Shown piece after piece: positions 35,467 to 46,873 of a DNA stretch of 64,000 nucleotides. The position numbers and the translations under genes were made by a program. This stretch comes from a virus: the IMG/VR virus record IMGVR_UViG_3300020274_000001, positions 76,337 to 140,336 of that record; one strand, 5' to 3'. The notes under the pieces are model-generated. The model had not been told where the DNA came from and did not search any database. It was given only the letters and a program-made list of their open reading frames with translations. Every line of letters begins with the position of its first letter. The stretch's first letter is position 1.

Positions 35467-36909
35467 ATGACAATTGACGCAACGACAGCACAAATGATAG
35501 CAAGAAGATATGACCGAGAGGTTGAAGATGCCATTAAGATGGCCGACCTCGGAAGATACATTGGAACAGATTTACTGAACCCCGTTCAGATGGAAGTCAA
35601 TGCATTCAATGAAAAAATGAAGACAGCGACATCGGTATCGTCGATAGAAGCCGAATCAGTGGCTTCGGTTAGAAAGATACACGGTGTATTGCGTAGTATT
35701 GCCAACGACAAGTTCGGTAAGTCAAACCTCGGGTCAGTAGGTGGTCAAATGTCAATGCTTGACGTTCCAGCATGGAGTTCTGCGCTATCAGAAGTAACAA
35801 TGCGCATTGAACAGATTGGTTCACAATATGGTAAGTTAATTTTGAATCAACCAGACAAAGACAAGATTGATAGAATGATTGCGTCGAGCCTCGTCGCACT
35901 TGAGAATGCTTTTGCTATGAGTCCTACTCCAGCCGCCGCCAACAACGCTAAGAATCAAGCAATGGCTACACTTTCCAACATTGAAACAATGCTGAATCAG
36001 CGTAAGATGGGATTGATGCAACAATCGTTGACAAACCTAATCGCACAGAAAGAAGTTGACTTGTTGAACACCATTTCTGTATTGAAGATGAACGAATCAA
36101 GTCTAAAAGACGGAGAGATTGCAGTCGTAAAGATGCATTCGGTCAAAGCAACCGAATTCCTCGCTACAATGAAGACTAACCCTGCTTCATACGACAAAGC
36201 CATATTGCAACAACAACTTGCAACATTTGACAGTATTCTTGCACCCCTTGTGCAAATGAGAGAAAGCGTGCAATACCGCGCCGCATTGTCTGGCGGTAAC
36301 TTCTCATCACCGCGCCGACCAACAAACAAAACCTTCGGGTTCGGTAGTGTTCCAAAACGACGATATCACGAAGATAAGACGCCAATACCCACTAACCGTT
36401 CGCCTTTTCGGGACGCCCCTAATGCTGTAAGTGTTAGGGGCCTTGGTAGTGCTGTCACAAGCAGTGTTAGCACCCAGATGAATAAAGTAGAAGACGGAGC
36501 AGATGTTTCGGACGTAATACAATACAATCTCGAAATTGGTTCTGCTCAAGGGTTCATTACCCCAGCCGATGAAGCAATTCTTAGGGAGCAGTTGTCACAA
36601 TTAAACATTGAATCTTTTGGTGGAGACCAAGAGATGTATGATTCCGCTAAAGCAACGCTGAAGAATACGATTGATTACTTAGCAGAACAATACGCCAATC
36701 AAATCAAGTCTGGTTTGATTGATGCAAACCTACCGCCAAATGCGCCCGGTGTGAAAAAAGACAAGTGGTATCAGCGTAAGAATATATTATCGAGAACCAT
36801 TATGACGGGAACAATTGGTCTTGGTGGTGCGGCAGTATTGGGAGTTCTTACATTACTTTACATGAATTCCAGAGAGAACAAAACATCAACAGAAGAGGCT
36901 AAGTCATAA
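35467..36909 (+). CDS. Helical putative virion protein with C-terminal TM
   Basis: 480-aa ORF; DLG/NLG/GLG motifs; terminal hydrophobic helix. Confidence 0.75.
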   Translation: MTIDATTAQMIARRYDREVEDAIKMADLGRYIGTDLLNPVQMEVNAFNEKMKTATSVSSIEAESVASVRKIHGVLRSIANDKFGKSNLGSVGGQMSMLDVPAWSSALSEVTMRIEQIGSQYGKLILNQPDKDKIDRMIASSLVALENAFAMSPTPAAANNAKNQAMATLSNIETMLNQRKMGLMQQSLTNLIAQKEVDLLNTISVLKMNESSLKDGEIAVVKMHSVKATEFLATMKTNPASYDKAILQQQLATFDSILAPLVQMRESVQYRAALSGGNFSSPRRPTNKTFGFGSVPKRRYHEDKTPIPTNRSPFRDAPNAVSVRGLGSAVTSSVSTQMNKVEDGADVSDVIQYNLEIGSAQGFITPADEAILREQLSQLNIESFGGDQEMYDSAKATLKNTIDYLAEQYANQIKSGLIDANLPPNAPGVKKDKWYQRKNILSRTIMTGTIGLGGAAVLGVLTLLYMNSRENKTSTEEAKS

Positions 36910-36939
36910 AGCGTATTCGGATAGACAGGAGGGGACACT

Positions 36940-39345
36940 ATGCAGGCATCAAAGACATTCAAAGACCCAGTCGATGGCACTACTTTTGACTCCTCCTCAT
37001 ACGAAGTTAGAACCAATGGCAGTGGACGCATTTTACGAACAAGAGCACCCTCTGGTGCAATGGCTGTCGTTATGGATTCTATCTCCGACGACGACACAAA
37101 TTCATCATACGACGCATTCGCAGATGACATAACAGAAGAAGAGTTGAACAATATGGTTGAAGATTACCAAGAAAGCATGAACATTGAGACAAACCCGCCC
37201 GGAAGAATTAGCCGAGCAATCGGAACCCTTACGCAAGGAATTGGTGGAGTTGGACCAAATTCATGGCAATCTCTCCGGCTACCAAGCGTCGGGTTCGGAA
37301 AGAGAGCCGGAGTAGCATCGAAGTTAGCCGGTGTATTGGGCGGACTCGGTATTGACCGCGGAACATTCCGTAGTGGTCATGCATCCACACTAATCACTGC
37401 AAGAATGTGGACCAACTATCTAAACAACATGGATATGCAAGATGTTGCGGCAGAATTGAGCGCAGACATATCCCCAGAAGAGAAATTCTCAATTTACGAA
37501 TTCTGCAAGGAATGGGAGAGAGACCCCGGACACGTTGCATTCGTTCAACGGCTACACAACACCCCAGATGTAAACTCAATTGACGAGATTGCAAAAGGTC
37601 AGATTGTATACGACTTGATGACAGGCGGTGTAAGGCCCGGACCCGGTGGAGTCAAGGACCCATCGACCGTTAAGCACGACAAAATGTTCCGTCTTGCACT
37701 TGACATTATCAATTCAATTCGACTCACCGACTACAACTTTTACACTTTGAATGTCGTTCACCGAGATGAAGGAACCCGTCTGTATGACGACTTCATGGCA
37801 AACTATGTGCCTCTTGAACCAGACGAAGTGGAAGTAATTCACGAAGTCCGCCAAGGAATTGAGCGTCACGCCCAATCCTATGCATTCAAGTCAACAGATT
37901 CCGAAGGAGACCCTATGGGTGCGTATGATTTGATGATACGGCTTAACAACGCATACAATTCCGGAGATACCCGTCTTTGCCGGTCGATACTCGACACATT
38001 GTTTGCATACCCATACCGGTTTGTTCCTAATGTTGGCTACAAAGGATTGTTTAGCCCAACATCATCTCGGTTCATTGGACAAGAGCCACACCATCTTTAC
38101 ATCAACCAAGGGTGGAGATGGATTCTTCCTAACGAGGAAATTGGTAATACCATCTCCGACGACGGTCGTAAATTCACAGTTTCGGATGGCGCACAACTCA
38201 TTGAGGTTCTCGACTTCAACTACCCGAAACCTATTGGTGTTTTCACCAAGTTGGGTGGCGGAGGCAACAAATACTCATACATGCCGTGGACTCAATTCGA
38301 GCGCACAGGTCAAGCCGCCGCAAGCATGGTGCCACAATCTTCCAGCGACTTCGACAACCGTGTAAGAGATGCACAAGCAAGAGAAGACGGTAAAACAAAA
38401 ACACAGTCCGGTAACAAAGGTGGCGGTGGACGTGGAGGCGGCGGTAAAGGCAAACGCTTCGGGAAGCGCAACCCTCCTAAGAAGAATCCCGGTCATGCAG
38501 AAGGCAGGGACGAGTGGGCCGCCGGTATGCTCCGAAATACAAAATACGCTCGACTCGTTAACACGAATCAAATGCGCACAGCCTTGGGTCAATTGACAAG
38601 AGAAACACCGTATCTGATGTTCGGAGCAAACGGATTTTGGCCCACAAGTGACGAAGCACTACGACGAGGTTTCCAAGGTGAAGACGGAATTGTTGATGTG
38701 GCCTCCTATATCCGAGAATATGGAAATCAAGGAGAATACGCTGTTTACAACCTCAATACTGACGAATGGTTCCCCTTTGGACAGCCAGCAGTCCAGTTGA
38801 TAGAACGAAACCCAGCACCGGGACGTAAAGGAAAGAAAGATGGCACACTATCTCTCGGGCGTGGCAAGCAATACCACATCGAAATCCTACCTAAGACACA
38901 ACTGAAAGGTATGTCGAAAGGTGCTATTGGTATCGACAAGAAGACCGGAAAGGAACGGCGTAAAGGCCGAGACACATTGAAGGCTCAAGGTAAAGACACG
39001 AAAGGAGAAAGACTTGCAGGAATCACAGATGCATTCGGCTCATACCAACACGTAGCACTTGACAAAGTGACAGGTAAGACTGTTCCATTCGTAATCAAGG
39101 TCCCGTCAAAGCATTTCCGTGCAGTGAACCTTGAAGTCGAAGGTAAGACAATCCGCACATTGATGCCAATGACTAAGACATCAAAGAAGCAACAAGAAGC
39201 ATGGGCTAAGTTCCTTTCCGTGTATGGTTATCCTAAGTTAGCCAACACCAAAGGAGACCCCGTCCGTTTCAAAATCCACAAGCCAACCCGAGGTTCATTC
39301 TATCGTAGGTTGCTGAATGACAGAAAGAAGGCAAAGAAGGCGTGA
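36940..39345 (+). CDS. Large NP-motif multidomain protein
   Basis: 801 aa; GGAGG RBS; ETNPP, KRNPPKKNPG and ERNPA motifs. Confidence 0.8.
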   Translation: MQASKTFKDPVDGTTFDSSSYEVRTNGSGRILRTRAPSGAMAVVMDSISDDDTNSSYDAFADDITEEELNNMVEDYQESMNIETNPPGRISRAIGTLTQGIGGVGPNSWQSLRLPSVGFGKRAGVASKLAGVLGGLGIDRGTFRSGHASTLITARMWTNYLNNMDMQDVAAELSADISPEEKFSIYEFCKEWERDPGHVAFVQRLHNTPDVNSIDEIAKGQIVYDLMTGGVRPGPGGVKDPSTVKHDKMFRLALDIINSIRLTDYNFYTLNVVHRDEGTRLYDDFMANYVPLEPDEVEVIHEVRQGIERHAQSYAFKSTDSEGDPMGAYDLMIRLNNAYNSGDTRLCRSILDTLFAYPYRFVPNVGYKGLFSPTSSRFIGQEPHHLYINQGWRWILPNEEIGNTISDDGRKFTVSDGAQLIEVLDFNYPKPIGVFTKLGGGGNKYSYMPWTQFERTGQAAASMVPQSSSDFDNRVRDAQAREDGKTKTQSGNKGGGGRGGGGKGKRFGKRNPPKKNPGHAEGRDEWAAGMLRNTKYARLVNTNQMRTALGQLTRETPYLMFGANGFWPTSDEALRRGFQGEDGIVDVASYIREYGNQGEYAVYNLNTDEWFPFGQPAVQLIERNPAPGRKGKKDGTLSLGRGKQYHIEILPKTQLKGMSKGAIGIDKKTGKERRKGRDTLKAQGKDTKGERLAGITDAFGSYQHVALDKVTGKTVPFVIKVPSKHFRAVNLEVEGKTIRTLMPMTKTSKKQQEAWAKFLSVYGYPKLANTKGDPVRFKIHKPTRGSFYRRLLNDRKKAKKA

Positions 39346-39349
39346 TAAC

Positions 39350-39736
39350 ATGACAAACCACAAATCGTTTATGCAGACAGTAAAAGACACAACGCCACAA
39401 GACGTGCTACTAACGGGTGTGTTCGCCGGAGTAGTAGCAGGTATTAGTGGAGTAGGAAATTGGATTGATAAGAACATAACATCGTATACGATGGGATTCA
39501 AATCTAATTTATCAAGCAAGGACCTCTTCGTCCGAGGAGCATTAGTAGGGGGACTCATCTCGCTACCGTTCGCATACCTTTCAGCAACATCTGTTCTTGA
39601 CAACAATGCATTAGGTAATACTTATGTCAATCCAGTATTGAAAGGGGAACTGCCACCCGCACCGAAAGACTATGTTTACGCATCGGCAGAAGGAGAACAG
39701 CCTTACTTGATTTTAGACCCTAAATTCGGATTGTGA
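39350..39736 (+). CDS. Membrane protein (2 TM)
   Basis: Two hydrophobic segments. Confidence 0.7.
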   Translation: MTNHKSFMQTVKDTTPQDVLLTGVFAGVVAGISGVGNWIDKNITSYTMGFKSNLSSKDLFVRGALVGGLISLPFAYLSATSVLDNNALGNTYVNPVLKGELPPAPKDYVYASAEGEQPYLILDPKFGL

Positions 39737-39747
39737 GGTGATTCAAC

Positions 39748-42700
39748 ATGGTAACCGTTCCAGACTTTCTAAAGGGCGCAACAATACTTGATGCACATCA
39801 GTGGGTTGTTTCTAACCTTGACGGGCGTAACGAATATGTTCTAAAGGATATGTCGGGAATGGAAACCACCCTATCAGACCTTACAAGAGGAACGGTTACC
39901 GAGGTCAACATTACCCCAGCAGGGTCAAGAATGAATCCAGCACCATCGTATGTGTTCAAACCAGAATTCCAGCCACAAAAGCGTGTCCAACAATTCTCTT
40001 CCCGAGTAATGTTACCCGATGGAATATCTCCATCTGTTGTGCATACACTCGAAGCCAAGCACGGTGCCGCATACAGATTCATTGCTTCAAAAATGCTATC
40101 ACAACGGTCTCGTCGACAACAACTTTCTCCACGTGGAACACGGATGCTAAGTTCATTCATTATGGCAGACCCATATGCTGGTGTGCGAATTAACCCAATC
40201 GGTCTACGTCAAACGCCAAGCGGCATTAGAATGACCCGCATCGTTGGAGACAGAGGTAGGGTAATGGATGATGCAGTAGTTGCCGAAGTCAAAGGATATC
40301 TTGAAGGAAACGAATTACCGTTTGACATTGCCGCATCAGAAAGGCAGTTCAACCAATTTGTGAAAGGGGTGTTACAACCATACCTCATTTGCCTTCGTTC
40401 CAATCAAGCCCTTATTAAATACCTTAACGAGACTCTGCTACCCCATATGTTGAGATTGATTGACGCCGGAGAATTTGACGCTGACATAGGAGAAATCGGC
40501 TTCTTCCGCAAAAAATTCAAGTCAGCAGTAGAAGCAAGAACGGTATTCAAATCTGCGGCAGGAAAGGACAAAGTGAAGAAAATTCTCTCTGACCAATATG
40601 AAACAGTGATTCGCAGACTCGCTACGTCTCCACAAGACTTCTACTATGGGCGCAACGAAGCACTCGTTGCGCACCCAGCGTTCATGTTCCCTCAAGCAGC
40701 ATACTACCTGTTGCCACCTCCACGGGGCCTAACGGGCGCAACTCGAGCAGAGTTGTTCTTTTACCAAGCGGGCGAACCACCACGATATGTCGCCTCCACC
40801 CGAGATAGTCTTGGAGTTGACAAGCCCGCCATTATTCAAGAGATGCCAGAAAGAATGTTGAAAAAAATGGCTTTAGACGAGGAAGGAGACCCCATACTGC
40901 CCATTGCTCGAGTCAATAACACTCCAGTTGATTTCGGTAGAACCATGAACGTTCAGTCTGTCCAAAGGGCGTTAGCGGCAGGCAATGTCGGACAGGTCAT
41001 ACTTATGGCTTCTCAAGCGTTTTCAAATGATGGTGTTTTGAAAAGAATGTTCGGGCTGGGTGCCGCCACTCCCCCAAGTAGCCTAACAGAAAAAGAAGGA
41101 AACGCCTTGCTTGACCTCAATGAAATAGTCAAAGAGTTAAATCAAGCAGCAGACATAAACGAAGTTTTCAGAAAGAGTATATCCGATGACGCAGACAAAT
41201 ACCCTCTGTGTGCCGCTATCGAAGTTAACATCGGTGGCATTAAACCTAAGCCATTAGGTTGGCCCGAAGGATTGATATTTGCAGTAATGCAAGTCATATC
41301 AGAAAATTCTGACCAAATTATGCAAGTAGGTGCCGGGGAAACAGGGGTCAAAGATTTCTTTCAGCCTAACATTGAGGGCATAGGGCCCCTAACACTTAAA
41401 TTAACAAAACCAGCAGACCTTGACGCCAAACTCGAAAAAACAAAAGACCAAGTCAAGAAAGTGGTTGTCAATTATTTCGATAAAGGCATAATGCTTTCAG
41501 ACCTTGTTCGTGAGTCTGACAATAAAACCACAAACGATTTCAAATACGCATATGCGGCATCACTTGCTTTACACTTCGCTAATAACGGCAACGTATTGGA
41601 AGAAAACATGATAGCAAGCAGTTCCACATCGGACAAAGATGCAGAAACTAATTTCAAGAACGGAACCGTGATGGACCCACGTAAACAATTCAAGAATAGT
41701 GACAACCGACTTTCTGCATTCAACTCAATGACGCGAAACCAAGCATCTACGCCAAATAAACTCGGAATAATGAGCATACTCCAACTTGCTTTGACGAGAT
41801 TCAAGCAGGACGGAGGACAACCTACTCCAGAACAAGTTAACTTTGTAGCGCAATTGACGCTGTATTCTCTCCAGAATTTGAGCACTGAATTTGATGCTTT
41901 TGGGACAACCAATTTGGTTGACCTGTTGAAAGAAACCGTAACCGACTTACAAGGTAAGTCCGCAGAAGCAAGAGAGGCACAAATAACTAATTTGATATCG
42001 AGACTCGACGCGAGCAGAGCAACAATCCCCGACGAAAACGTCCTCCAACAAATTGTCGAAGACCGCTTGTTAGAGGATTTCTTCCAAGAACTGTTGACTA
42101 ACGACCTCGAAGATGTGTTTGATAACCCTCGCCGGAACCCACCGCTTCCAAAACTTTCTGAAATAATAGGAGAAGCCCCGAAAGATACCAATGCACTTAG
42201 GAGAGCACTCTCTGTATTGAAGAAGAAGAATCAAGAGAATGCGGCAGTATTGGGGTCAAGTCCATTCCTTCCAACAGAAGAAACAGTCAGAAAATTGGCC
42301 GACTCCATGAAAGGTATATTCCAAGCGGCTCAAGCAGAAGCAAAAGAAGCAAGAGAAGAAGCAGAAGCGGCAATCAAGCGAGATGACGAATTGACCAACT
42401 TACTTGATTCTTTCAAAGATGCTGAGGTTTCAGTAGCAAGAACGGACTCTTATCTGCAACTGATTGAAGGTATTGGAAAATCACTAAAGGCACTGTGTCG
42501 GCACGAATTGGATTTTGCAAAAGAATTCATGCTCATACCGGACAACCCTAATATGGAACTTGAGGACAATTTAGTAAGACAAGAAATGTTCAACCATCCT
42601 CTCTACATCGCACAGAAACTTCTTGGCGACCACAAGATGTTTATGGACAACATTCAGATGGTAGAAACGAGCCTAAGAGCGGGCCTGTCTTCTGCCCGGT

Positions 42701-44067
42701 TCCAATATCGAGCAGAGGAAGGGGCATGGCGACAAATGGAACGTAAACAACAAATTGAGTATCTTGTGTCTGCGATTGAGTTTTGTAATGGGTTACAAGA
42801 AGCATATGCAGAGGTAGGAGGCTCCCTTGGTATGGCAGTTGACGACATGAGAGTTGACGACAAGGACAGTATTTCTCCTCACCTATACATTGCACTTTTC
42901 GACGTAACAGACAACTTCGTATTGCGAGATAATGTTCGTCAAGCCCTTCGAGCCCTCTCGATTACTTCAATGAGATTGATAGACCCATTGACCACGAAGA
43001 TGACTTTCGATGAATTGACTAAGAAATCCTATGACCTCGTTGGAGAAATGTTCGGAGGTTTCCCCGGAGACACGTCAGCAATCAAACCCCAAAACAATCC
43101 TCTTGTTTTGGGTAAAGCATACTTGAATAAGTTGGTTGACGCAGACATTGACTTTTCTGGTTCAACCATTGGAAGAGATAGTGACAGTCAACTGCGACTC
43201 AAATTCATAGCAGAAGTAACAGGTGCAAAATATGACTTGACGAGGGCCACACGAGAGCCCCTTTCATTTGGTATTCCCGGCTCTACTACCCCTTCTTTGT
43301 TTGGATTTGAAAGAGACGAAAAGCAAGCGTCGTCATATGCACAAAGTCTTTATGACGAACAAGTTGCATTAGAGAAAAAAATACGAGGACGAGAAATAAG
43401 AGACGAGAGGGCTTTCCAACAAGCATTGGAAGAACAGACTAACAGTATAAAAGACTTCAAATTGCAAGCCCTCGAGATAGATGTTGAGGGACAAGAGAAA
43501 GACGTCAAAAAATTGAACAAAGAAATTAAAAAAATGGGTCTAAATTTCGCACGCAAAGCCGAAGAAGCAACGCGGGGCAAAAACGCCCTCGAAGAAGCGG
43601 CGAACAAAGCAATTGATGATTTGTCCAGTGACGTTGACGTCTTAACAGATGCAATCAGAGTTAAAGATAGTCGCATTAAAGATTTGGAGAAAGAAGTGGA
43701 GAGAATTGCGGCAGAAAAAGCCAAGGAAGCAGAGAAAAGAACAACCGTCCTTAGACCGATAAAAAAGAGATTCAAACCCGTCAAGGAGAACCCGAACGAG
43801 CATCCTTTCGGCACGAGATATGATATGACACATCGAGACTCCAACATTGACACTACACAAGGAACCAGTGCACTATCCGATGAGGCATTGGCACGAGGAT
43901 ACTACGCTCAACAAAAGAAGCGTATGCCTAAGAAGTCTGTAAAGATGGTAAAATGTATGCGCTGTGGTAAACCAACGTTCGAAGATTCGCTGGTCGAAAA
44001 CTCATTCTGCCAAAAGTGTGCAGATGCTCTCGCCAGAACCAATCCGGTGGTGAGATGGAGTGTCTGA
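39748..44067 (+). CDS. Very large helical NP-motif protein
   Basis: 1439 aa; GAGGTGA RBS; coiled coils, C-terminal C4 Zn finger, several NP motifs. Confidence 0.8.
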   Translation: MVTVPDFLKGATILDAHQWVVSNLDGRNEYVLKDMSGMETTLSDLTRGTVTEVNITPAGSRMNPAPSYVFKPEFQPQKRVQQFSSRVMLPDGISPSVVHTLEAKHGAAYRFIASKMLSQRSRRQQLSPRGTRMLSSFIMADPYAGVRINPIGLRQTPSGIRMTRIVGDRGRVMDDAVVAEVKGYLEGNELPFDIAASERQFNQFVKGVLQPYLICLRSNQALIKYLNETLLPHMLRLIDAGEFDADIGEIGFFRKKFKSAVEARTVFKSAAGKDKVKKILSDQYETVIRRLATSPQDFYYGRNEALVAHPAFMFPQAAYYLLPPPRGLTGATRAELFFYQAGEPPRYVASTRDSLGVDKPAIIQEMPERMLKKMALDEEGDPILPIARVNNTPVDFGRTMNVQSVQRALAAGNVGQVILMASQAFSNDGVLKRMFGLGAATPPSSLTEKEGNALLDLNEIVKELNQAADINEVFRKSISDDADKYPLCAAIEVNIGGIKPKPLGWPEGLIFAVMQVISENSDQIMQVGAGETGVKDFFQPNIEGIGPLTLKLTKPADLDAKLEKTKDQVKKVVVNYFDKGIMLSDLVRESDNKTTNDFKYAYAASLALHFANNGNVLEENMIASSSTSDKDAETNFKNGTVMDPRKQFKNSDNRLSAFNSMTRNQASTPNKLGIMSILQLALTRFKQDGGQPTPEQVNFVAQLTLYSLQNLSTEFDAFGTTNLVDLLKETVTDLQGKSAEAREAQITNLISRLDASRATIPDENVLQQIVEDRLLEDFFQELLTNDLEDVFDNPRRNPPLPKLSEIIGEAPKDTNALRRALSVLKKKNQENAAVLGSSPFLPTEETVRKLADSMKGIFQAAQAEAKEAREEAEAAIKRDDELTNLLDSFKDAEVSVARTDSYLQLIEGIGKSLKALCRHELDFAKEFMLIPDNPNMELEDNLVRQEMFNHPLYIAQKLLGDHKMFMDNIQMVETSLRAGLSSARFQYRAEEGAWRQMERKQQIEYLVSAIEFCNGLQEAYAEVGGSLGMAVDDMRVDDKDSISPHLYIALFDVTDNFVLRDNVRQALRALSITSMRLIDPLTTKMTFDELTKKSYDLVGEMFGGFPGDTSAIKPQNNPLVLGKAYLNKLVDADIDFSGSTIGRDSDSQLRLKFIAEVTGAKYDLTRATREPLSFGIPGSTTPSLFGFERDEKQASSYAQSLYDEQVALEKKIRGREIRDERAFQQALEEQTNSIKDFKLQALEIDVEGQEKDVKKLNKEIKKMGLNFARKAEEATRGKNALEEAANKAIDDLSSDVDVLTDAIRVKDSRIKDLEKEVERIAAEKAKEAEKRTTVLRPIKKRFKPVKENPNEHPFGTRYDMTHRDSNIDTTQGTSALSDEALARGYYAQQKKRMPKKSVKMVKCMRCGKPTFEDSLVENSFCQKCADALARTNPVVRWSV

Positions 44068-46864
44068 ATGTCCGACCTGTAATTACCGCAACCCATCGGG
44101 CGTATTGGTATGCATGATGTGTAGCCGTAAAATGGACGCAGGCACACGCAAGAATCCTTCAATCTATCCGGTTGACTATCACTCACAATCACCACTACAA
44201 CGAGGAAAATTGGCTTTATTCGACATAGACGACACTCTATACGATGCGACTCAAAGAGAACAAAATGCAGTCCGAGCCGGACTTGTTGTATATGGAGACC
44301 GAACGCCCGGCGAACTTCGCAAAAGCACTAAGCCAAAAGGAAGGAAAGCGTTCCTTGATTTCTTCAACTCTCCAGAGCAATTCAGAACAGATACACCGTT
44401 TCCCGGAGCCGTAGAATATGTTCGTAGTCTTGTAAACAAAGGATATACCATCGCTTACCTTTCCGGTAGAGATGCTAAACCAATGGAGGCTACTATTGAA
44501 CACTTGAAGGAGACAGGGTTCCCCATCTTCAAGAACAGCCGTGGAGAGACCATGGTATATCTCAAGAAGAACCGGAAAATTGCTACTGACCGATACAAGT
44601 ATGAAAAGATGCGAGAATTGCAAGCAGAATATGATATTCACTACTTCTTCGATGACCTTCAAAAGAACCGAGACAAGGCACTTTCACTTGGAGTCATTGG
44701 AGTATACCACCTACCGGCTCACCTCGGAATAAAACAAAACCCATCTCATCTTAACTGCGGATGTGGTCAGACACCGTGCAAGACTTATGGGGTTAGGGGC
44801 AACGTCCCTACTGAAATGCAACCATCAGATAGTTCTGGTGTCAGTCTGAAGACACTCATCGAAAAATATACAACACTGCACCCTCAAGCCAAATATCCAC
44901 TGAAAAAGCAATACTACCAAACCGTGTTAAAATCTAACAAGCCACTACCCGGAGAGTTTATCATTTTAGGAGGAGGGGCACTACGAGAACTCGATATCGA
45001 TACGGAACTTGAATTGAGGTCACTCGGGTGGAAAATCGCTGGTCGAACGCCCGGAGAGTGGCTGGGAGACCTCAACGTTGGCCGAATAGAAAGAATGAGC
45101 ATGATGGGGGGTTCAGACGAACGGAAAGGCCGCGGATTGTATGTTCACAGGAAAATGTTTGGACCGGGATTCAAACCAACCCCAACCAACCCAGCCCACC
45201 CTATCTACGAAAAGGCAGGGATTGCCGCCATTCAATTTAGGCCAGCCCTTGTCATGACAAACTACTCTCGAGTTCTGATGAAGAGGGGTAGCGGACCATT
45301 CGAAGTCATGGCAGGTAACATTACAGTCCCAGACCCCGAAACGGGAGTTGTTGGTGTGCCCCGGACAAAATTCGCAACAAGAGCGGAGGCGTTCTTTTAC
45401 GGGCGAAGGAATGCCGGGGCCGGTATGCGCATCGAAACCAGAATCTCCAACTATGAATATCCAGATTTCAACACTCACTTCTATTGGCCAATGAGACTAC
45501 CAGAAATGTATCTTGATACCACCGCTCCACCTACACCGTTGCTTGAAGATGATGTAGACGGCGGAATGATACTAACCAAAGAAGACTATCAACAGAGAGT
45601 AGTAGAGTCTCTCCCTTCCGGTTGGCAACAACCGGCTAAAGAAAGAATGGGCTCTCTCGGTCCATACCAACGCCCCGGAGACCCTTGGACAAAACTAAAC
45701 CCAAACACAGACGTCCCAGCAGGATACCGTGAAGCCGCAGGTTGTATGGTTCAGCGTGCATCGGACGGTAAGATACTGTTCCTACGACGCTCTCCAAAGG
45801 AAACTTCCAAACACGGACTATACGAATTTCCCGGTGGCAAGTTAGAAGACGGAGAGACAGCAAGAGAAGCGGCACTCATCGAGACCGAAGAAGAGGCTGG
45901 ACTCAAAGTCAAAATTATCCGACAGTTAGACTCTCATGTTGACCATTCCATGAAGAAAGTATACCACTGTTTCTTAGCAGTTCCTAAGAAGGGTGCCCGA
46001 GTTAAGTTATCAGAAGAGCATGATAAATTCATGTGGGCTGGTCCAAATAAAAAGTGGCCGAAAAGTAAGTTAAGCCATCACGCTCGATACATGATTAACC
46101 AACTACATGACTCGGGTAGTGAATACCACAAATACATCGACAAGGTCCATGAAATTCTAACGATAGAAGGTGGTGCCGCAGGTCTTTCAGCGTTGAAGCC
46201 AGCCTTCCCTAAGAAGACAAGTAAGAAGAAAGCAGAATCACTTCTGGCTAAGATGCCGGGTGTTGTGCAACATGCAGACGGAGATTACATCTTAGTTACA
46301 GGATTAAGCAACCCTGCACTACCAAATCCACTACCGTCACCTAAGAAGAAGAACGGTAGAAAAGAGCCATCGAAGAATTATGTCAATCGCATGATGGGCA
46401 ATACAAAGATGCGAGCAGAATTCCCAGATGCAGGACAACGCTATGCAGTTACACTAAAGTTAGTGGAGAAGCACTACGGTAAAGCCACACGAAAGAGGAT
46501 TGCACCGAGAGAGAACCCACGTATGCCACTTGACGGAATGGAAGACAAGAAAGTGAAAAAGGCCAAGAAAGCCTACAAAAAATTCCACGGTGGCAAAGAA
46601 CCAACCGACATGAAAAAGGAGACTATTGATGTCGGAGATGTCTGGTATGCTCTCGGCCCATGTTGGTCCATTGGATACATGTCACCAAAAGAAACAGGCG
46701 AAGATAACCAGAAATACATTCATCACACCAACGAGGACAGTAAGGATGGCAACTTCCCAATGATGTATGCTACTATGCCCGAGAACGGCGAACCAATGAT
46801 TGTCATCAAAGGTGGAAGTATGAAGATAGGCATGCGTGACGGACTTGCATGGTTGATTGATTAA
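44060..46864 (+). CDS. NP-motif multidomain protein: Zn ribbon, HAD phosphatase, NUDIX hydrolase and others
   Basis: FDIDDTL / YLSGR / K / FFDD HAD motifs; Nudix box GGKLEDGETAREAALIETEEEAGL. Confidence 0.85.
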   Translation: MSECPTCNYRNPSGVLVCMMCSRKMDAGTRKNPSIYPVDYHSQSPLQRGKLALFDIDDTLYDATQREQNAVRAGLVVYGDRTPGELRKSTKPKGRKAFLDFFNSPEQFRTDTPFPGAVEYVRSLVNKGYTIAYLSGRDAKPMEATIEHLKETGFPIFKNSRGETMVYLKKNRKIATDRYKYEKMRELQAEYDIHYFFDDLQKNRDKALSLGVIGVYHLPAHLGIKQNPSHLNCGCGQTPCKTYGVRGNVPTEMQPSDSSGVSLKTLIEKYTTLHPQAKYPLKKQYYQTVLKSNKPLPGEFIILGGGALRELDIDTELELRSLGWKIAGRTPGEWLGDLNVGRIERMSMMGGSDERKGRGLYVHRKMFGPGFKPTPTNPAHPIYEKAGIAAIQFRPALVMTNYSRVLMKRGSGPFEVMAGNITVPDPETGVVGVPRTKFATRAEAFFYGRRNAGAGMRIETRISNYEYPDFNTHFYWPMRLPEMYLDTTAPPTPLLEDDVDGGMILTKEDYQQRVVESLPSGWQQPAKERMGSLGPYQRPGDPWTKLNPNTDVPAGYREAAGCMVQRASDGKILFLRRSPKETSKHGLYEFPGGKLEDGETAREAALIETEEEAGLKVKIIRQLDSHVDHSMKKVYHCFLAVPKKGARVKLSEEHDKFMWAGPNKKWPKSKLSHHARYMINQLHDSGSEYHKYIDKVHEILTIEGGAAGLSALKPAFPKKTSKKKAESLLAKMPGVVQHADGDYILVTGLSNPALPNPLPSPKKKNGRKEPSKNYVNRMMGNTKMRAEFPDAGQRYAVTLKLVEKHYGKATRKRIAPRENPRMPLDGMEDKKVKKAKKAYKKFHGGKEPTDMKKETIDVGDVWYALGPCWSIGYMSPKETGEDNQKYIHHTNEDSKDGNFPMMYATMPENGEPMIVIKGGSMKIGMRDGLAWLID

Positions 46865-46873
46865 GGTGATAAC

